NCBI RefSeq assembly: GCF_006345805.1 | Contig: NW_021826215.1 | Location: 1 to 36,556, forward strand | Direction: 5' to 3' | DNA: 36,556 bases | From: Octopus sinensis | Taxonomy: Eukaryota | Shown here: in pieces, positions 11,627 through 24,213 of the stretch | Layout: the number at the start of each line of letters is the position of its first letter | Position numbering within the stretch: position 1 is the first letter of the stretch | The notes under the pieces: generated by a model | What the model was told of the DNA's origin: nothing | Database searches by the model: none | Seen by the model: the letters and a program-made list of their open reading frames with translations, nothing else | Program-made: the position numbers and the translations under genes

Positions 11627-11627
<1 letters not shown>
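11075..11627 (+). mobile_element. Element X: ~553-bp non-coding interspersed repeat in (TTA)n, copy 1 (true orientation unknown)
   Basis: Runs GAGTGAGAGAGCAGTGCATG...GGTACTGCATCAGGGCA with (TTA)n on both sides. Inverted homologue at 19241-19795, about 92% identical over the first 238 nt by manual count and lower in the second half. Confidence 0.88.
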
Positions 11628-11688
<61 letters not shown>

Positions 11689-11696
11689 GAATTCAT

Positions 11697-12060
11697 CTGT
11701 CGCTACTTTCTGGGTTCAAATTCCGCTGAGATCGACTTTGCCTTTCATCCTTTCGGGGTCGATAAATTAGTATCAGTCAAATACCAGGTTCGATGTGATC
11801 GACTATCTCCCCCACCCACTAAATTTTAAGCATTGTACTTATAGAAGGAAGGATTATTTCTAAGGCGGTGAAGAGGTTGAATCTTTACGATGCCGACTAA
11901 AATGCTGTCGGTTCTTTACATTCTGGGTTCAAATGACACCAAGGTAGACTTTGCCTTCTGTCCTTTCAGTAAAATAAAGTACAACTCATGTATGGGGCAT
12001 ATAGTATCGACTGATGCCGTCACTTAAAATTGGTGACCTTTTGCCAAAATAACTTATTAC
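11697..12060 (+). mobile_element. Two tandem SINE group B copies
   Basis: 5'-truncated copy at 11697-11855 (GTTCAAATTCCGCTGAGATCGACTTTGCCTTTCATCCTTTCGGGGTCGATAAA) and a diverged copy starting TAAGGCGGTG at ~11861. Confidence 0.78.
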
Positions 12061-12136
12061 TATTGATATTATTCTTACTATATTACTAATATTATTATTA
12101 TTATAATTCACTATGCATACTACATGCTTATGTTAC

Positions 12137-12176
<40 letters not shown>

Positions 12177-12209
12177 GCATGTGTACTATATATATACATA
12201 ATATATATA

Positions 12210-12248
<39 letters not shown>

Positions 12249-12279
12249 TATATAGTTTGTATATCATATGGCCATATAT

Positions 12280-12674
12280 CTTTACTCTTTTATTGTTTCA
12301 GTCATTTGACTGTGGCCATGTGGAGCCCCGCTTTAGTCGAGCAAATCGACCCCGGGACTTATTATTTGTAAGCCCAGTACTTATTCTATCGGTTTCTTTT
12401 GCCGAACCGCTAATTGACGGGGACGTAAACACACCAGCATCGGTTGTTAAGCAATGCTAGGGGGACAAACACAGCCACACAAACATATATACACACGTAC
12501 ATATATATATACGACGGTCTTCTTTCAGTTTCCGTCTACCAAATCCACTCACAAGGAATTGGTCGGCCCGGGGTTATAACAGAAGGCACTTGCCCAAGAT
12601 GCCATGCAGTGGGACTGAACTCGGAACCATGTGGTTGGTAAGCAAGCTGCTTACCACACAGCGACCCCTGCGCC
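12280..12674 (-). mobile_element. SINE group A, near full length
   Basis: The reverse complement begins GGCGCAGGGGTCGCTGTGTGGTAAG and ends GACTGAAACAATAAAAGAGTAAAG. Confidence 0.9.
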
Positions 12675-12767
12675 TATATGTATACTTATATATATATATA
12701 CATATACATATATGTATACATATTTATATACATATATGTATAAACCTGTATAAATATAATATATAAT

Positions 12768-12835
<68 letters not shown>

Positions 12836-13320
12836 GATAGAGAGAGAGGTGGGAGAGAGACACTTATATACAGACATACTTATATACACATGCACATACT
12901 TATATACACATAAATTCTCAATTAAAAATTTATGTAACTCTCTCTCCTCATTCCCGTCGGAAGAATAAGATAAATTTGATATTTGATATTTAAGTAAAAT
13001 TATGTTGGATATTCCCACGGGGCATTATTCAGTCATGAAATTTAATGCCAAAAAATTATGAAAAAGAAGGAAAATTACAGGAAAACGTAATAATATAATT
13101 AATTCCTTCTTGCATATTTTCTGTAAACATTTAATTTTCGGCATTGCATTTTGACATTCTTTTCTATAGACGTATAGATTTAAATCGTACCACGATTTTT
13201 GTTAAATCTCTAATAAAATCAATAGAAAGGACTTCTGTATGTATTGTGGGTGGGTTTGGTGTTATAGGTGTACCATTTGCTTTTGTTATATATGATATAT
13301 CTATATATATATATATATAT

Positions 13321-13369
<49 letters not shown>

Positions 13370-13396
13370 GATATCTCTCTCTCTTCTCTCTCATTG

Positions 13397-13450
<54 letters not shown>

Positions 13451-13749
13451 TATATATGTGTATATCACGTAAAGTAATATCCACACATAATGAGGGATAA
13501 TATAGACGCATAGATAGATAGCTGTATCGATACGTAGATGGATAGATACATATACAGATATCTCTCTATCAGCTATCTACATATGTATATTAGATATGTA
13601 TAAATGAATACCTGAGAATGCGTATATGTGAATATTCCTACCTAAAATATATCATCCCTTTTCTCTCTCTCTCTCTCTCTCTCAGACCGTCTTTCTTTCT
13701 CTCTTCTCTTCCACCCAAGCACACATGCATGCATATATATATATATAAT

Positions 13750-13812
<63 letters not shown>

Positions 13813-14097
13813 GGAGTCTACTTCATATGTTGCATGTGAAGGTGTATATGATTACATAGTTTTAAATATTAATATGGTTTAGTTTTGTAGCTAATTTCTG
13901 TCTCCTCATATCAGTGTGTGAGTATGATTGTTCATGAATAGATAAAGATACGTACTGTCTCGCTATTTACGTGGATAAATATGAAATAATAATTATATAT
14001 AAATATAATGTATATGCACACACACATACACACACACACACACATACGCACATGTGAGTGTATAGAATTAGATTTTGAATTGTTTGTTCTTGTGCAT

Positions 14098-14274
14098 TTT
14101 TAAGTGTCTAAACCAATTTATTTGATAACATTTAATAGTAATATATTCAGTATTATCTACTAATATCGTAGTGTTGATATTTGTGTGGTGATGGCTGTTC
14201 TTCAATTGGTGGTGGGGATGCTAATACAGTGAAAGTAGGTACAATTTGTCCATTGCAAACTTTATCAATTATTT
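14098..14274 (+). repeat. Diverged ~176-bp direct repeat, copy 2
   Basis: See 10299-10474. Confidence 0.85.
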
Positions 14275-14289
14275 CTCTATTACCTATTT

Positions 14290-14501
14290 ATTACCTCCAT
14301 CGCCGCTATCATTATCAACAACGATAACGACATCAACATCGTTCTTTCGCCAATCCGGTGCGAGACCCATAGAAACGATTGTTACCAACATCTATCTCCA
14401 ACAATAATGTTAATTCCGCCATCATTATCGCCAACATATTACCACCAACATATCTCCCTCAAAAACCAACCACTCTACCATGTTGGCGCCAACATATTCT
14501 A

Positions 14502-14552
<51 letters not shown>

Positions 14553-14629
14553 TCATCATCATCATCATCGTCGTCACCATCATCATCACCATCACCATCA
14601 TCATCATAATCATCATCACCACCACCACT

Positions 14630-14660
<31 letters not shown>

Positions 14661-14688
14661 CCACCACCACCACCACCACCATCATCAC

Positions 14689-14726
<38 letters not shown>

Positions 14727-14752
14727 CCATCATCATCATCGTCATCGTCATC

Positions 14753-14784
<32 letters not shown>

Positions 14785-15700
14785 CACCATCATCATCATC
14801 GTCATCGCCATCATCATCATCACCATCATCATCATCGTCACCACCACCACCACCATCATCATCATTATCATCATCATCATCATCATCACCATCATCATGA
14901 TCGTCATCATCATCATCATCATCATCACCGTCATCGTCATCGTCATCGTCGTCATCATCATCGTCCATATCATTATCGCCGCCGTCGTCGTCGTCGTCGT
15001 CATTTTCGTCGTAATCGTTGTCAAACATCATTATCGCTACTTAATCGTCACTATTATTCTCATCAGCCTCATTATCGCCATGACCACCAGCACCATCAAC
15101 GAACGGCAGTCATGTGGTCGTTGATGCCGTAGTCGTATCCATCATGGATGTAGCCATCATGGACGTAGTCGTCGTTATCGTGATCATCATCTTCAAATTA
15201 GTCTTTGGTATGGTCATTGCTATCATATCATAATTATTATTGCTGCCATCATTATTAGCGTTATAATCATAATCCTCCCCCACCCATCCTTCTCGTCATC
15301 ATCATCATTACTATCGTCAACTCCATCTTCATAATCCTCACTTTCTTCATTCTTTTGATTACCATCATTTTCTCCGTTGTTGCTATCATCATGTTACTTA
15401 TCTATATCATCATCATAGAAAATGTTCAGCACCATCTTCATCATTGCCGTCTCCTCTATCTTTACCATCAACCAGGTGGTCTTTGATGCTCTCTAAATCA
15501 TCATACTTACTATCGTCGTCATCGTCGTCATCATCATCATCATCATCAGTATGAATTTATTATCATCTTCGTCATCGACATCGCTCTCCTTCTTTGCATC
15601 TCCTTCACCATCAGCTTCCTCACTCTCGCCATTACCATTCCATTTCTGCCAGTACTGGTGCTACTGTTGAGGTTCTTGTTGTTGCTGTTGCTATACCTAT
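14290..15700. repeat. C/A-skewed trinucleotide low-complexity tract; near-pure (CGT)n-(CAT)n/(CAC)n core at 14502-15024
   Basis: Direct reading. Generates the poly-His/Ile/Ser (+) and poly-Met/Asp (-) ORFs. Confidence 0.95.
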
Positions 15701-16077
15701 TCCATATTTGTTTAAGTACTCTGTGATCAACTTTAGTACAACCTTGAACATCATATCGTATTCTTATACACAGAACATTCTGCAAGGTGTTTACCTGAAG
15801 ATGGATCTCACAACAAAATCTGCGGCATTATGTTTACGTGAGAATTCACTATTCGATAAAATAAGTCGATAAAATAAGTACAAGTCAAATAGTGGAGTTG
15901 AATAAATTATATCTGTCTGTCTATCTATCTATCTATCTATCTAGAGAGGCAGACAGACAGACAGATTGATAGATAGATATAATTTATTCAATTCTACCAT
16001 TTCACTTGTACTTATTTTATCGACCCTGGGGAGGATAAAAAATAATAGTTGTGTGTGTGTGTGTGCGTGTGTGTGTA

Positions 16078-17356
16078 TTAAGTTGTTAAGAAAGTTCTTC
16101 TTTTAACCTTTAAATTCAGATGCACATATCTCGGCTCAAATAAAACTTTATTAAGCGAAATAAACACCATCAGAATCAACACACATTTGCCAACGCGAAG
16201 CAAGTATACCTATGTCAGTAGCGTAAAAATCCTGCATTCTGGTGGTAATAAAGTCGTTGAAGCCGTGTTTGGCATTGTCTTGGTTTTTGAAGCATTTCTC
16301 ACGCAGGAATTTGAGATGCTTGAAATACGTGGTGGTCGGTAGGCGAGAGTTCTGCTGAGGCAGAGTTACGTAACTCAATTCGTTCAACTTCTGCAGGGTC
16401 AGTTGTGCGACGTGCGGTCGAGCGTTTTCGTGAAGAATTGGTCCTTTTCTACTGACCAATGTTGGCTGTTGTTGTCGGAGTTTCTTATGTATTTCATCTA
16501 TTTGCTGACAGTACTTCTCCGCCGTAATGGATTCGCCTGGATCCAAAAAGCTGTGATGGATGAGACCAGCCGCAGACCACCAACAGTCACCATGATCTTC
16601 TTTTGGTGCAACTTTAACTTCGGGAAATGCAGTGGAGCTTCGTCAGCGTCCAACCACTGAGCTGAGCGTCGCAGGTTGTCGTACAGAATCCATTTTTCAT
16701 CGCATGTCACAATCCGGTCGATAAACAGGTCGTTCTTGTTGCGTAAAAGAAGGGAAGACGACACTTCAAACGGCGTTTTATTATTTTTTTTTGGGGGGGG
16801 GGGGGGCGTTCAATTAGTGCGGCACCCATTTCTCACGTATTTTTGTTTTTCCAATCTCTTTCAAGTGGTTGGAAATTGTCGTCTACGTTACGTCTAATTC
16901 AGAAGCAAGCACTCGAACAGTTGTGTGTGGTTTGGCTTCGACTAAGGCTCTTAGTTGATCGTTGTCAACATCCGATGGCCGACCACTGCGCTTATCACCT
17001 TCAAAATTCTCATCACCGCTACGAAATTTCTTAAACTACCATTGTGCTGTACGTTCATTAGTGGTTCCTGGGCCAAACGCATCGTTGATATCGCGAGCTG
17101 TTTCAGCAGCTTTTCGGCCTAGCTTGAACTGGAATAAGAAATGTATGCGAATTTGCTTTTTGTTCATGTTGTATTCAACGTTCCGGAAAAATTGGTCTAA
17201 TTAGTCAAAAAGAAAAAGAGTGATACGATTAGATAGAGCGAAAACCGGGTTTTAAAATGATATATAAAGTCAACGTTCTTTAACGAATATGAATTTGAAA
17301 ACACATGATTTAAAACCAAAATTTAAAATTCCGCAAGACGTTTCTTGACAACCTAA
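16078..17356 (-). mobile_element. Full-length (~1.28 kb) inactivated mariner, cecropia/Hsmar1-like
   Basis: TIR TTAGGTTGTCAAGAAACGTCTT (reverse complement ending at 17356) vs TTAAGTTGTTAAGAAAGTTCTT (16078-16099), 18/22 match. TA at 16076-16077; (TA)n just beyond the other end. Transposase remnant inside. Confidence 0.93.
16151..17167 (-). pseudogene. Mariner DD34D transposase pseudogene
   Basis: MNKKQIRIHFLFQFKLGRKAAETARDINDAFGPGTTNERTAQW*FKKF...RSGRP...KWVPH*L...[15 protein letters not shown]...ILHENARPHVAQLTLQKLNEL...RWQMCVDSDGVYFA*. Contains stops and frameshifts, the second catalytic D changed to E, and a disrupted YSPDL motif. Confidence 0.93.
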
Positions 17357-17493
17357 GATATATATATATATATATAACCAAAGTCAAATGCGATACAATA
17401 AAATTAATTATTATCGCCGGTGTTCTAGGACACGCCATATATTATTCATATATAAGTACATTAAAATATATATATATATATTATATATATATA

Positions 17494-17526
<33 letters not shown>

Positions 17527-17532
17527 AGAGAG

Positions 17533-17611
<79 letters not shown>

Positions 17612-17817
17612 CACAAAAGTTGAGACCTTCTATCGATGTAGCAAAGTATTATGTTTGAGTTTAAATTGGACCGAAGTTTTCTTCATTTAGCATTCTTCCT
17701 AGATCGATAAACTTAGACACCAATTGTGAAGTACTGGTGGTATTATAATCGAACGTACACATCCTCAGATATTTCTAAACACTTGCCTATATCAGAAATG
17801 TTATTATTATGCTATTA

Positions 17818-18000
17818 CAAGGCGGAGAGCTGGAAGAATCATTAGCACGCCGGACGAAATGCTGCTAAACATTTTGTCCCTCTTTACGGTCTGAATTCTA
17901 GTTCGACTTTGCCTTTCATCCTTTCGGGGTCGGTAAATAAAGAACTAGTGAAGCACTGTGGTTGATGATATCATTTTACTCAACTCACCCAGAATGCCAG
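17818..18000 (+). mobile_element. SINE group B
   Basis: AAGGCGGAGAGCTGGAAGAATCATTAGCACGCCGGACGAAATGC...TTCGACTTTGCCTTTCATCCTTTCGGGGTCG, preceded by degenerate (TTA)n. Confidence 0.82.
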
Positions 18001-18029
18001 GTCTATAGCAGACGGGATAACGAAGCTAT

Positions 18030-18527
18030 TACACGCTAAGTCATTAGCAGGGATTCTATCTTGATATTTGGTGACAAGTCTCCTCAAACCTCAAGAACCT
18101 TTCCAATGATTCTTTTAGAATACAGGGGGATACTTGTTTGTAGGTCAACAATGCGAACCTCAATTCCAATATCTTTCACTCCCTTAGTTAACGATTTGGG
18201 TTGCTATGCCAAGTGCATCAATTACCAGAGAAATAATTAATGTTTAAGACTTCTGTTGTTTCTTCAGCTCTCTGACAAGATCCTGATATTTATCGATTTT
18301 GTTCAATTTCTTTGGTATCAATTCTGTTATCATAGGAAATTGCAAAATCTAAGATCTCACACTGATAGTTTAATTTATTCTCCATAATCATATCTGGTCT
18401 TCTTTCTTAAGTACAATACTCAGTCTTATAAGATCCTGTCATTCTTATTCTTTATCGCAGCATCTGATTCGTGTTCATACCAGTATCCCGAAACTTCGAA
18501 GCTACACTTTCGGCTGATATTTCAATG
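18030..18527 (-). mobile_element. R4/Dong-type non-LTR retrotransposon 3' fragment (restriction-like endonuclease region), decayed
   Basis: Minus strand: YWYEHESDAAIKN...RRPDMIMENKLNYQCEILDFAISYDNRIDTKE..IDKYQDLVRELKK...VIDALG...VDLQ...KRIIGKVLEV* (stop 18084-18086). Matches the PD-(D/E)xK C-terminus pattern. Not in the ORF track because of stops. Confidence 0.8.
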
Positions 18528-18531
18528 CATT

Positions 18532-18573
18532 ACTACAACAACAACAATAACAACAACAACAACAACAACAACA

Positions 18574-18634
<61 letters not shown>

Positions 18635-18679
18635 TACTACTACTACTACTAACTACTACTACTACTACTACTACTACTA
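18532..18679. repeat. Compound (CAA)n-(CTA)n microsatellite
   Basis: Direct reading. Confidence 0.95.
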
Positions 18680-18699
18680 AGTTCAGATAAAAATACTAA

Positions 18700-19184
<485 letters not shown>

Positions 19185-19198
19185 TAATAATAATAATA

Positions 19199-19237
<39 letters not shown>

Positions 19238-19240
19238 AAA

Positions 19241-19795
19241 TGCCCTGATGCAGTACCAGGCAGCGGCTCTCATGGCTTCTGATCTTAACTGATTGGAAGT
19301 GTTATCATGTATATTGTTTTGTCTTGGTATAAAAGATAGGCTACAGCAAATATTCTGCTCAATACCACAGATTTGCTTGTCAGTTGTTTGACCTTAACCA
19401 GTTGAGCATGTCCTTTAGTGGCTGACGATATGTGCATCTCTGATCACGAGCAGAAGTAGTGGGGGAGCATCATAGCCATGTGTTGAGAGGGATTCTTTGG
19501 GGTTTGAATAAATCACCTCTGGAGACATGGGTGGTTCTTTCAACATCCTTAAACAACCCTTATTCAGGGACCTTTTGAGCGGGATGGGTTACTCAACCTG
19601 AAGAAAATTCTAACTGGGCCCCACCTGCAAGGTCATGTGCTGTTTATCTTGATATGAGATCACCATGTCGCGCACATATGGTTGTGATGCATGTGCCTGG
19701 TGTACCTTTATCAGACGGGTAGTCATGATGGGTATATTGGGCTTCGTATATTTTACCCCAGTGTCACTTTGATGGCATGCACTGCTCTCTCACTC
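19241..19795 (-). mobile_element. Element X copy 2 (inverted relative to 11075-11627)
   Basis: TGCCCTGATGCAGTACCAGG...GCACTGCTCTCTCACTC, with TAA/TTA repeats upstream and (TAA)n at 19796-19873. Confidence 0.88.
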
Positions 19796-19863
<68 letters not shown>

Positions 19864-20039
19864 TAATAATAATATATCACCGAGCTGCTTCCCTTCCTCC
19901 TATTATTCCCTTCAATCCTCACATATTTATGATTATCTCAAGTACAATACATAAGTCGAAACTAAACAACATTTAATAATACCACACATTAATAGTAGCA
20001 AGGACGGCAGATTTAAATAGATAACTGTTATACTGTCGC

Positions 20040-21804
20040 CATGGCTACACAGGTTACCCACAACGATACAACTTCCTGAAGCACATGTCAATATGGAATA
20101 CAAATCTCCAATTATACCACTCTAACGAAGTACTAACCACAAAAAATATTAATATCATCTGCCATATTTTCCAAGGTGACTCACTTTCTCCTTTAATTTT
20201 CTACATAGCCCTAATACCCCTTACAAGGGAGCTTAACAGAACAGGATATAGATATATTTTGACTACAAGAAAATAAGTCATTTATTTTATATGGATGACT
20301 TAAAACTCTATGGTAAAGATACTAATTTACTTGAAGGACTGCTATATACTGTGAAAGCATTCAGTGATGACATTCCGATGGAATTTGGTCTCGATAAATG
20401 TGCCAAGGCCACTTTCCAGAAAAGGAAACTGAAGATCTCACATTCAGTGGAGTTGGATGTTGACACAGTCATAAAATAACTTGATCAAGAACAAACTTAC
20501 AAATACCTAAGAATAAATTGCAAGTATGAAAGAGAAGATCAGGAAGGAGTGTTTAGGAGAGTTTGAGCAGTCCTGAAATCCGAGTTAAATGCACGTAACA
20601 AGGTGTTAGCTGTAAATTCCTTAGCAGTTTCAGCTGTTATTTACAGTTTCAATCTGTTGAATTGGAATATGCGCAAAAAAAAAGAAAGATTGACAGGAAA
20701 ATCCGTAAGCTGTTGACTTACAATAAGATGCACCACCCAAAGGCAGAGGCATATCGTCTTTACCTACCGAGAGCTCAAGAAGGATGAGGCTTGATCCGAT
20801 TTGAAATCTCTTACAAAACAACTACAGCTGGACTGGCCAAATATCTTGAAACATCTAACCGCCGGATGGTAAAGCTCGTCGAAAACCATGAAAGACGTAA
20901 GAAGCTTCATTCTCTTATGAAAGAGAGCAAAGAATTTTCAAGTGAGCTTATGCATAATACCCAGGTTGAACGGCATGACGATAGTGCAGCAACTGTAGTT
21001 GCAAAGAAGGTGAAATCAATAGCAAAGCAAAATGCGTTTGAAAATTTGACTGATAGATGGGAACAAAAACCTCTGCATGGCAAATATACGGCTCGTAGCA
21101 AACAAGCTGATGTAGACCAGAACAACACCCATCAGTGGATACAGAGCTCTGGGCTGAAAGCAGAGAGGGAGGCTTTATCTAGGCTGCCCAAGATCAGTGC
21201 TTATTGACCCAGAACTATCGAGCAAATGTGAAGAAAAATGGTGTAAACCCAATGTGTCTATACTGCAACAATGGGATAGAAACAGTAGACCACCTTATCT
21301 CTGATGTAAGGTTTTAGTAACTATAGAGTACAAATGAAAACATGACAGAGTTGGCCAATGTGTCGACATTATAAAGTCAAAACTGCTGATAAATGTTACA
21401 AGTACCACCCTGAAGCTGTAACTGAGGGAGAAAATGTAATTATTCTTTGGGGCTTTCCATTATGTACAGAACGGACCATCAAAGCAAATAAACCAGATAT
21501 TGTTGTGAAAGACCAAGACAATAAAGTATGTTTACTGATTGACATGAGCATACCATGTGACCATAATATCTCGGCAAAATATTTTGATAAACTCAGAAAA
21601 TTAAAAGATTTGCTAATCGAAATCGAAAAGATATGTCATCTCAAGACGGTTACAATACCAGTGATTGTAGGAGCTCTTTGAATGGTCAAAAAGGGAACTG
21701 AAGATTATTTAAGAATGATCCCTGGCTTGCCATCCATGCAGTAAGTACAACAGATTGTTTTAACTAGTACGTCACACGTATTGAGAAGAGCATTATCACT
21801 GTGA
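20040..21804 (+). mobile_element. 5'-truncated, decayed R4/Dong-type non-LTR retrotransposon (RT + zinc knuckle + restriction-like endonuclease)
   Basis: RT motifs IFQGDSLSPL (~20172), LFYMDDLKLY (20288), MEFGLDKCA and YKYL; zinc knuckle CLYCNNGIETVDHLIS (~21253); KHDRV; endonuclease KPDIVVKD..LLIDMSIP (~21490); ends VLRRALSL* at 21804. Multiple frameshifts and stops. Confidence 0.92.
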
Positions 21805-22301
21805 ATTTTCTTTCCCTTTCGCCCCTTGTAACTTCTGATGTTTTAGTGTAATTGGTGACTGAAACGCCATTGGGATGCACATTTGGATTGTTGGGAGCTA
21901 GTTGATAGAAGGGGCACATAAAAGTGATAGAGAAAAAGGAGGCAGCGACAGGAGAAAAATTTTCACCAAGTAAACTCGGTCTGCAGTTCGACACCTGGGG
22001 AAGCAAGTCTATGCAGCCCAGCTACATTTTTATTTTTGTAACCACAAACTTCATACTAACGTTTTGGATTTTCCTGTACTTTTTCTTAATGAATACTGTT
22101 GCAGTGTTAACTTCGTAATAGATTTTCAGTGCAGTTCGAAACTTGAGCTTCATTTTGCTTTAAATCTACGGGTATTTTTTTTTCTCATAATGTTAATAGA
22201 AAGAATATTAACCAATATCAACAATTGAAGTCGGCATTATACATTTGCAGCACATTCACAGCAAACTCGAGCATCGCTCACTATACTTTTATTCATAGAT
22301 T

Positions 22302-22690
22302 CGTGGAGGCGCAATGGCCCAGTGGTTAGGGCAGCGGACTCGTGGTCATAGGATCGCGGTTTCGATTCCCAGACCGGGCGTTGTGAGTGTTTATTGAGCG
22401 AAAACACCTAAAGCTCCACGAGGCTCCGGCAGGGGGTGGTGGTGATCCCTGCTGTACTCTTTCACCACAACTTTCTCTCACTCTTTCTTTCTGTTTCTGT
22501 TGTACCTGTATTTCAAGGGGCCGGCCTTGTCACTTTCTGTGTCACGCTGAATATCCCCGAGAACTAAGTTAAGGGTATACGTGTCTGTGGAGTGCTCAGC
22601 CACTTACACGTTAATTTCACGAGCTGGCTGTTCCGTTGATACGGATCAACCGGAACCCTCGTCGTCGTAACCGACGGAGTGCTTCCATCC
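22302..22690 (+). mobile_element. tRNA-derived SINE, group C, tail type 2, with 11-bp target-site duplication
   Basis: A box TGGCCCAGTGG and B box GGTTTCGATTCC. ATTCATAGATT at both 22291-22301 and 22691-22701. Confidence 0.93.
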
Positions 22691-23074
22691 ATTCATAGAT
22701 TGAAACTATGTCAAAACTTTGTTAACGCGACATCAAAGTCTGCCGTTTTAAGCGCAACTAAAAAACAAACCCGAGCAACGCTGGACTATACTGCTAGTAG
22801 GAGAATAAAAACAGAAATACGAAAAAACGACGCAATAATTTTTTTTGCCAAATCAGTCAGTAACATAATTTCCGGTTTCATTCGCAACTTCCCCTTATCT
22901 CTCAGTCTTTTCTATATGTGCTTATGTGTGTGTGTGTGTGTATATATGTGTATGTACAAGGACACGTATGCATGTATGAAAGAAAAAAATGAGTCTCCAC
23001 TTTCCTCGAAAACTTAGAATAATTATTCGTTCTTCTCTGTTGAATTTTACAGTAATACTAACCTGTTTATTCAG

Positions 23075-23284
23075 GATTACTCGTTCGTCGCTGTCTGCAG
23101 AGTTGAAGATCCATCAGTCATAAAGATTGTTACTAGTCAAAGTCAGTTTAATATACCAAGAGGATCACACAGTCATTCCAATTATGGAAATCTGAAATTA
23201 ACTAAAGATATAGCTTACACTGACCTTAGTTGTCAAAATTTTCTGCCTGTTATTTGTCCTTATTCGTTGTGTATAGAAATATAA
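23075..23284 (+). CDS. Candidate exon (69 codons to stop) of an unidentified gene
   Basis: Branch-point match TACTAAC (23056-23062), acceptor TTATTCAG|, then phase-0 open frame DYSFVAVCRVEDPSVIKIVTSQSQFNIPRGSHSHSNYGNLKLTKDIAYTDLSCQNFLPVICPYSLCIEI*. No homology confirmed. Confidence 0.3.
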   Translation, partial: DYSFVAVCRVEDPSVIKIVTSQSQFNIPRGSHSHSNYGNLKLTKDIAYTDLSCQNFLPVICPYSLCIEI

Positions 23285-23308
23285 ATGGATAAAAATATGT
23301 AGGTTGAT

Positions 23309-23673
23309 CTTTTTACTCTTTTATTTGTTTCAGACATTTGACTGTGGCCTTGCTGGAGCACCGCATTTAGTCGAGCAAATCTTTGTAAGCCTAGTACTTA
23401 TTCTATCGGTCTCTTTTGACGTAAACACACCAGCATCGGTTGTCAAGCGATGTTGGCGGGGGTGGGGACAAACACAGACACACAAACGTATACACACACA
23501 TACATATATATCACGGGCTTCTTGAAGTTTCCGTCTACCGAATCCATTCACAAGGACTTGGTCGGCCCGAGGCTATAGTAGAAGACATTTGCCCAAGACG
23601 CCACGCAGCGGGACTGAACCCGGAACCATGTGGTTGTTAAGCAAGCTACTTACCACACAGCCACTCCTACGCC
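23309..23673 (-). mobile_element. SINE group A, near full length
   Basis: Same head and tail as 12280-12674. Confidence 0.9.
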
Positions 23674-23879
23674 TTTATTAAATGTTACTTTTATCTCAAC
23701 GTTGTTTTCCCTTCGTTTCTCTTAATTCTTTGTTGAGCACATACGCACAGTTCAGTGATACAGATTATTTATTCTGGGCAAAAAAACAGTGGATCATATA
23801 CTTGTTCTGATAGAATTCAGATGCAATACTTTTTGTATGTACAAGGCTAGCAATTTCGAAACGAAGGTGCAAGTCGATA

Positions 23880-24175
23880 TCTCTTTCACTCTTTGATTCA
23901 GTCACTGGATTGTGGCCATACTGGAGCACCACCCCTCTGGTATTTATAAGCCTGATATTTGTTCGTTCAGTACCTTTCGCTGAACTGCTAGATGACGGGA
24001 ACGGAAACAAACCAACGCTTAGTGTCAAAGCGGCGACCTGACCGAGTCATAACAGCGCCGGTCTAAATATTTACCGGGATGCGCTTGGTGCAAGAGTCTT
24101 ACTTCAGAGACTCGGACCGACCCCTGCCTTGCGACTGGATCTTGTAGACAGAAAGTGTGTGTAAGCTTTACACAT
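23880..24175 (-). mobile_element. SINE group A tail with a variant body
   Basis: Tail GATTCAGTCACTGGATTGTGGCCATACTGGAGCACC joined to a GC-richer body (GACTCGGACCGACCCCTGCCTTGCGACTGGATCTTGTAGAC) not seen in the other copies. Confidence 0.6.

Positions 24176-24213
<38 letters not shown>

Noticed and set aside
13170-13290. Exon encoding a hydrophobic [19 protein letters not shown] segment
   Set aside because: Weak donors, both strands open, and no homology evidence.
14407-15132. 241-aa poly-Arg/poly-His ORF (and overlapping poly-Met, poly-Asp, poly-Ile ORFs) as a His-rich structural protein
   Set aside because: Explained by (CGT)n/(CAT)n lacking stops in five frames; there is no non-repetitive domain or splice context.
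19241-19320. HDV-like or twister ribozyme at the ends of element X
   Set aside because: A P3/L3-like GGC-TCTCATG-GCT lacks a matching P1 and the P1.1 GG; the GGGGT...AAGCCC loop is too long for the twister L4 consensus. A covariance-model search would be needed to exclude this fully.
22303-22378. tRNA gene call for the SINE heads (also 1843-1918)
   Set aside because: A and B boxes are present, but there is no proper cloverleaf or T-run terminator; the heads continue into SINE bodies, one with a TSD.
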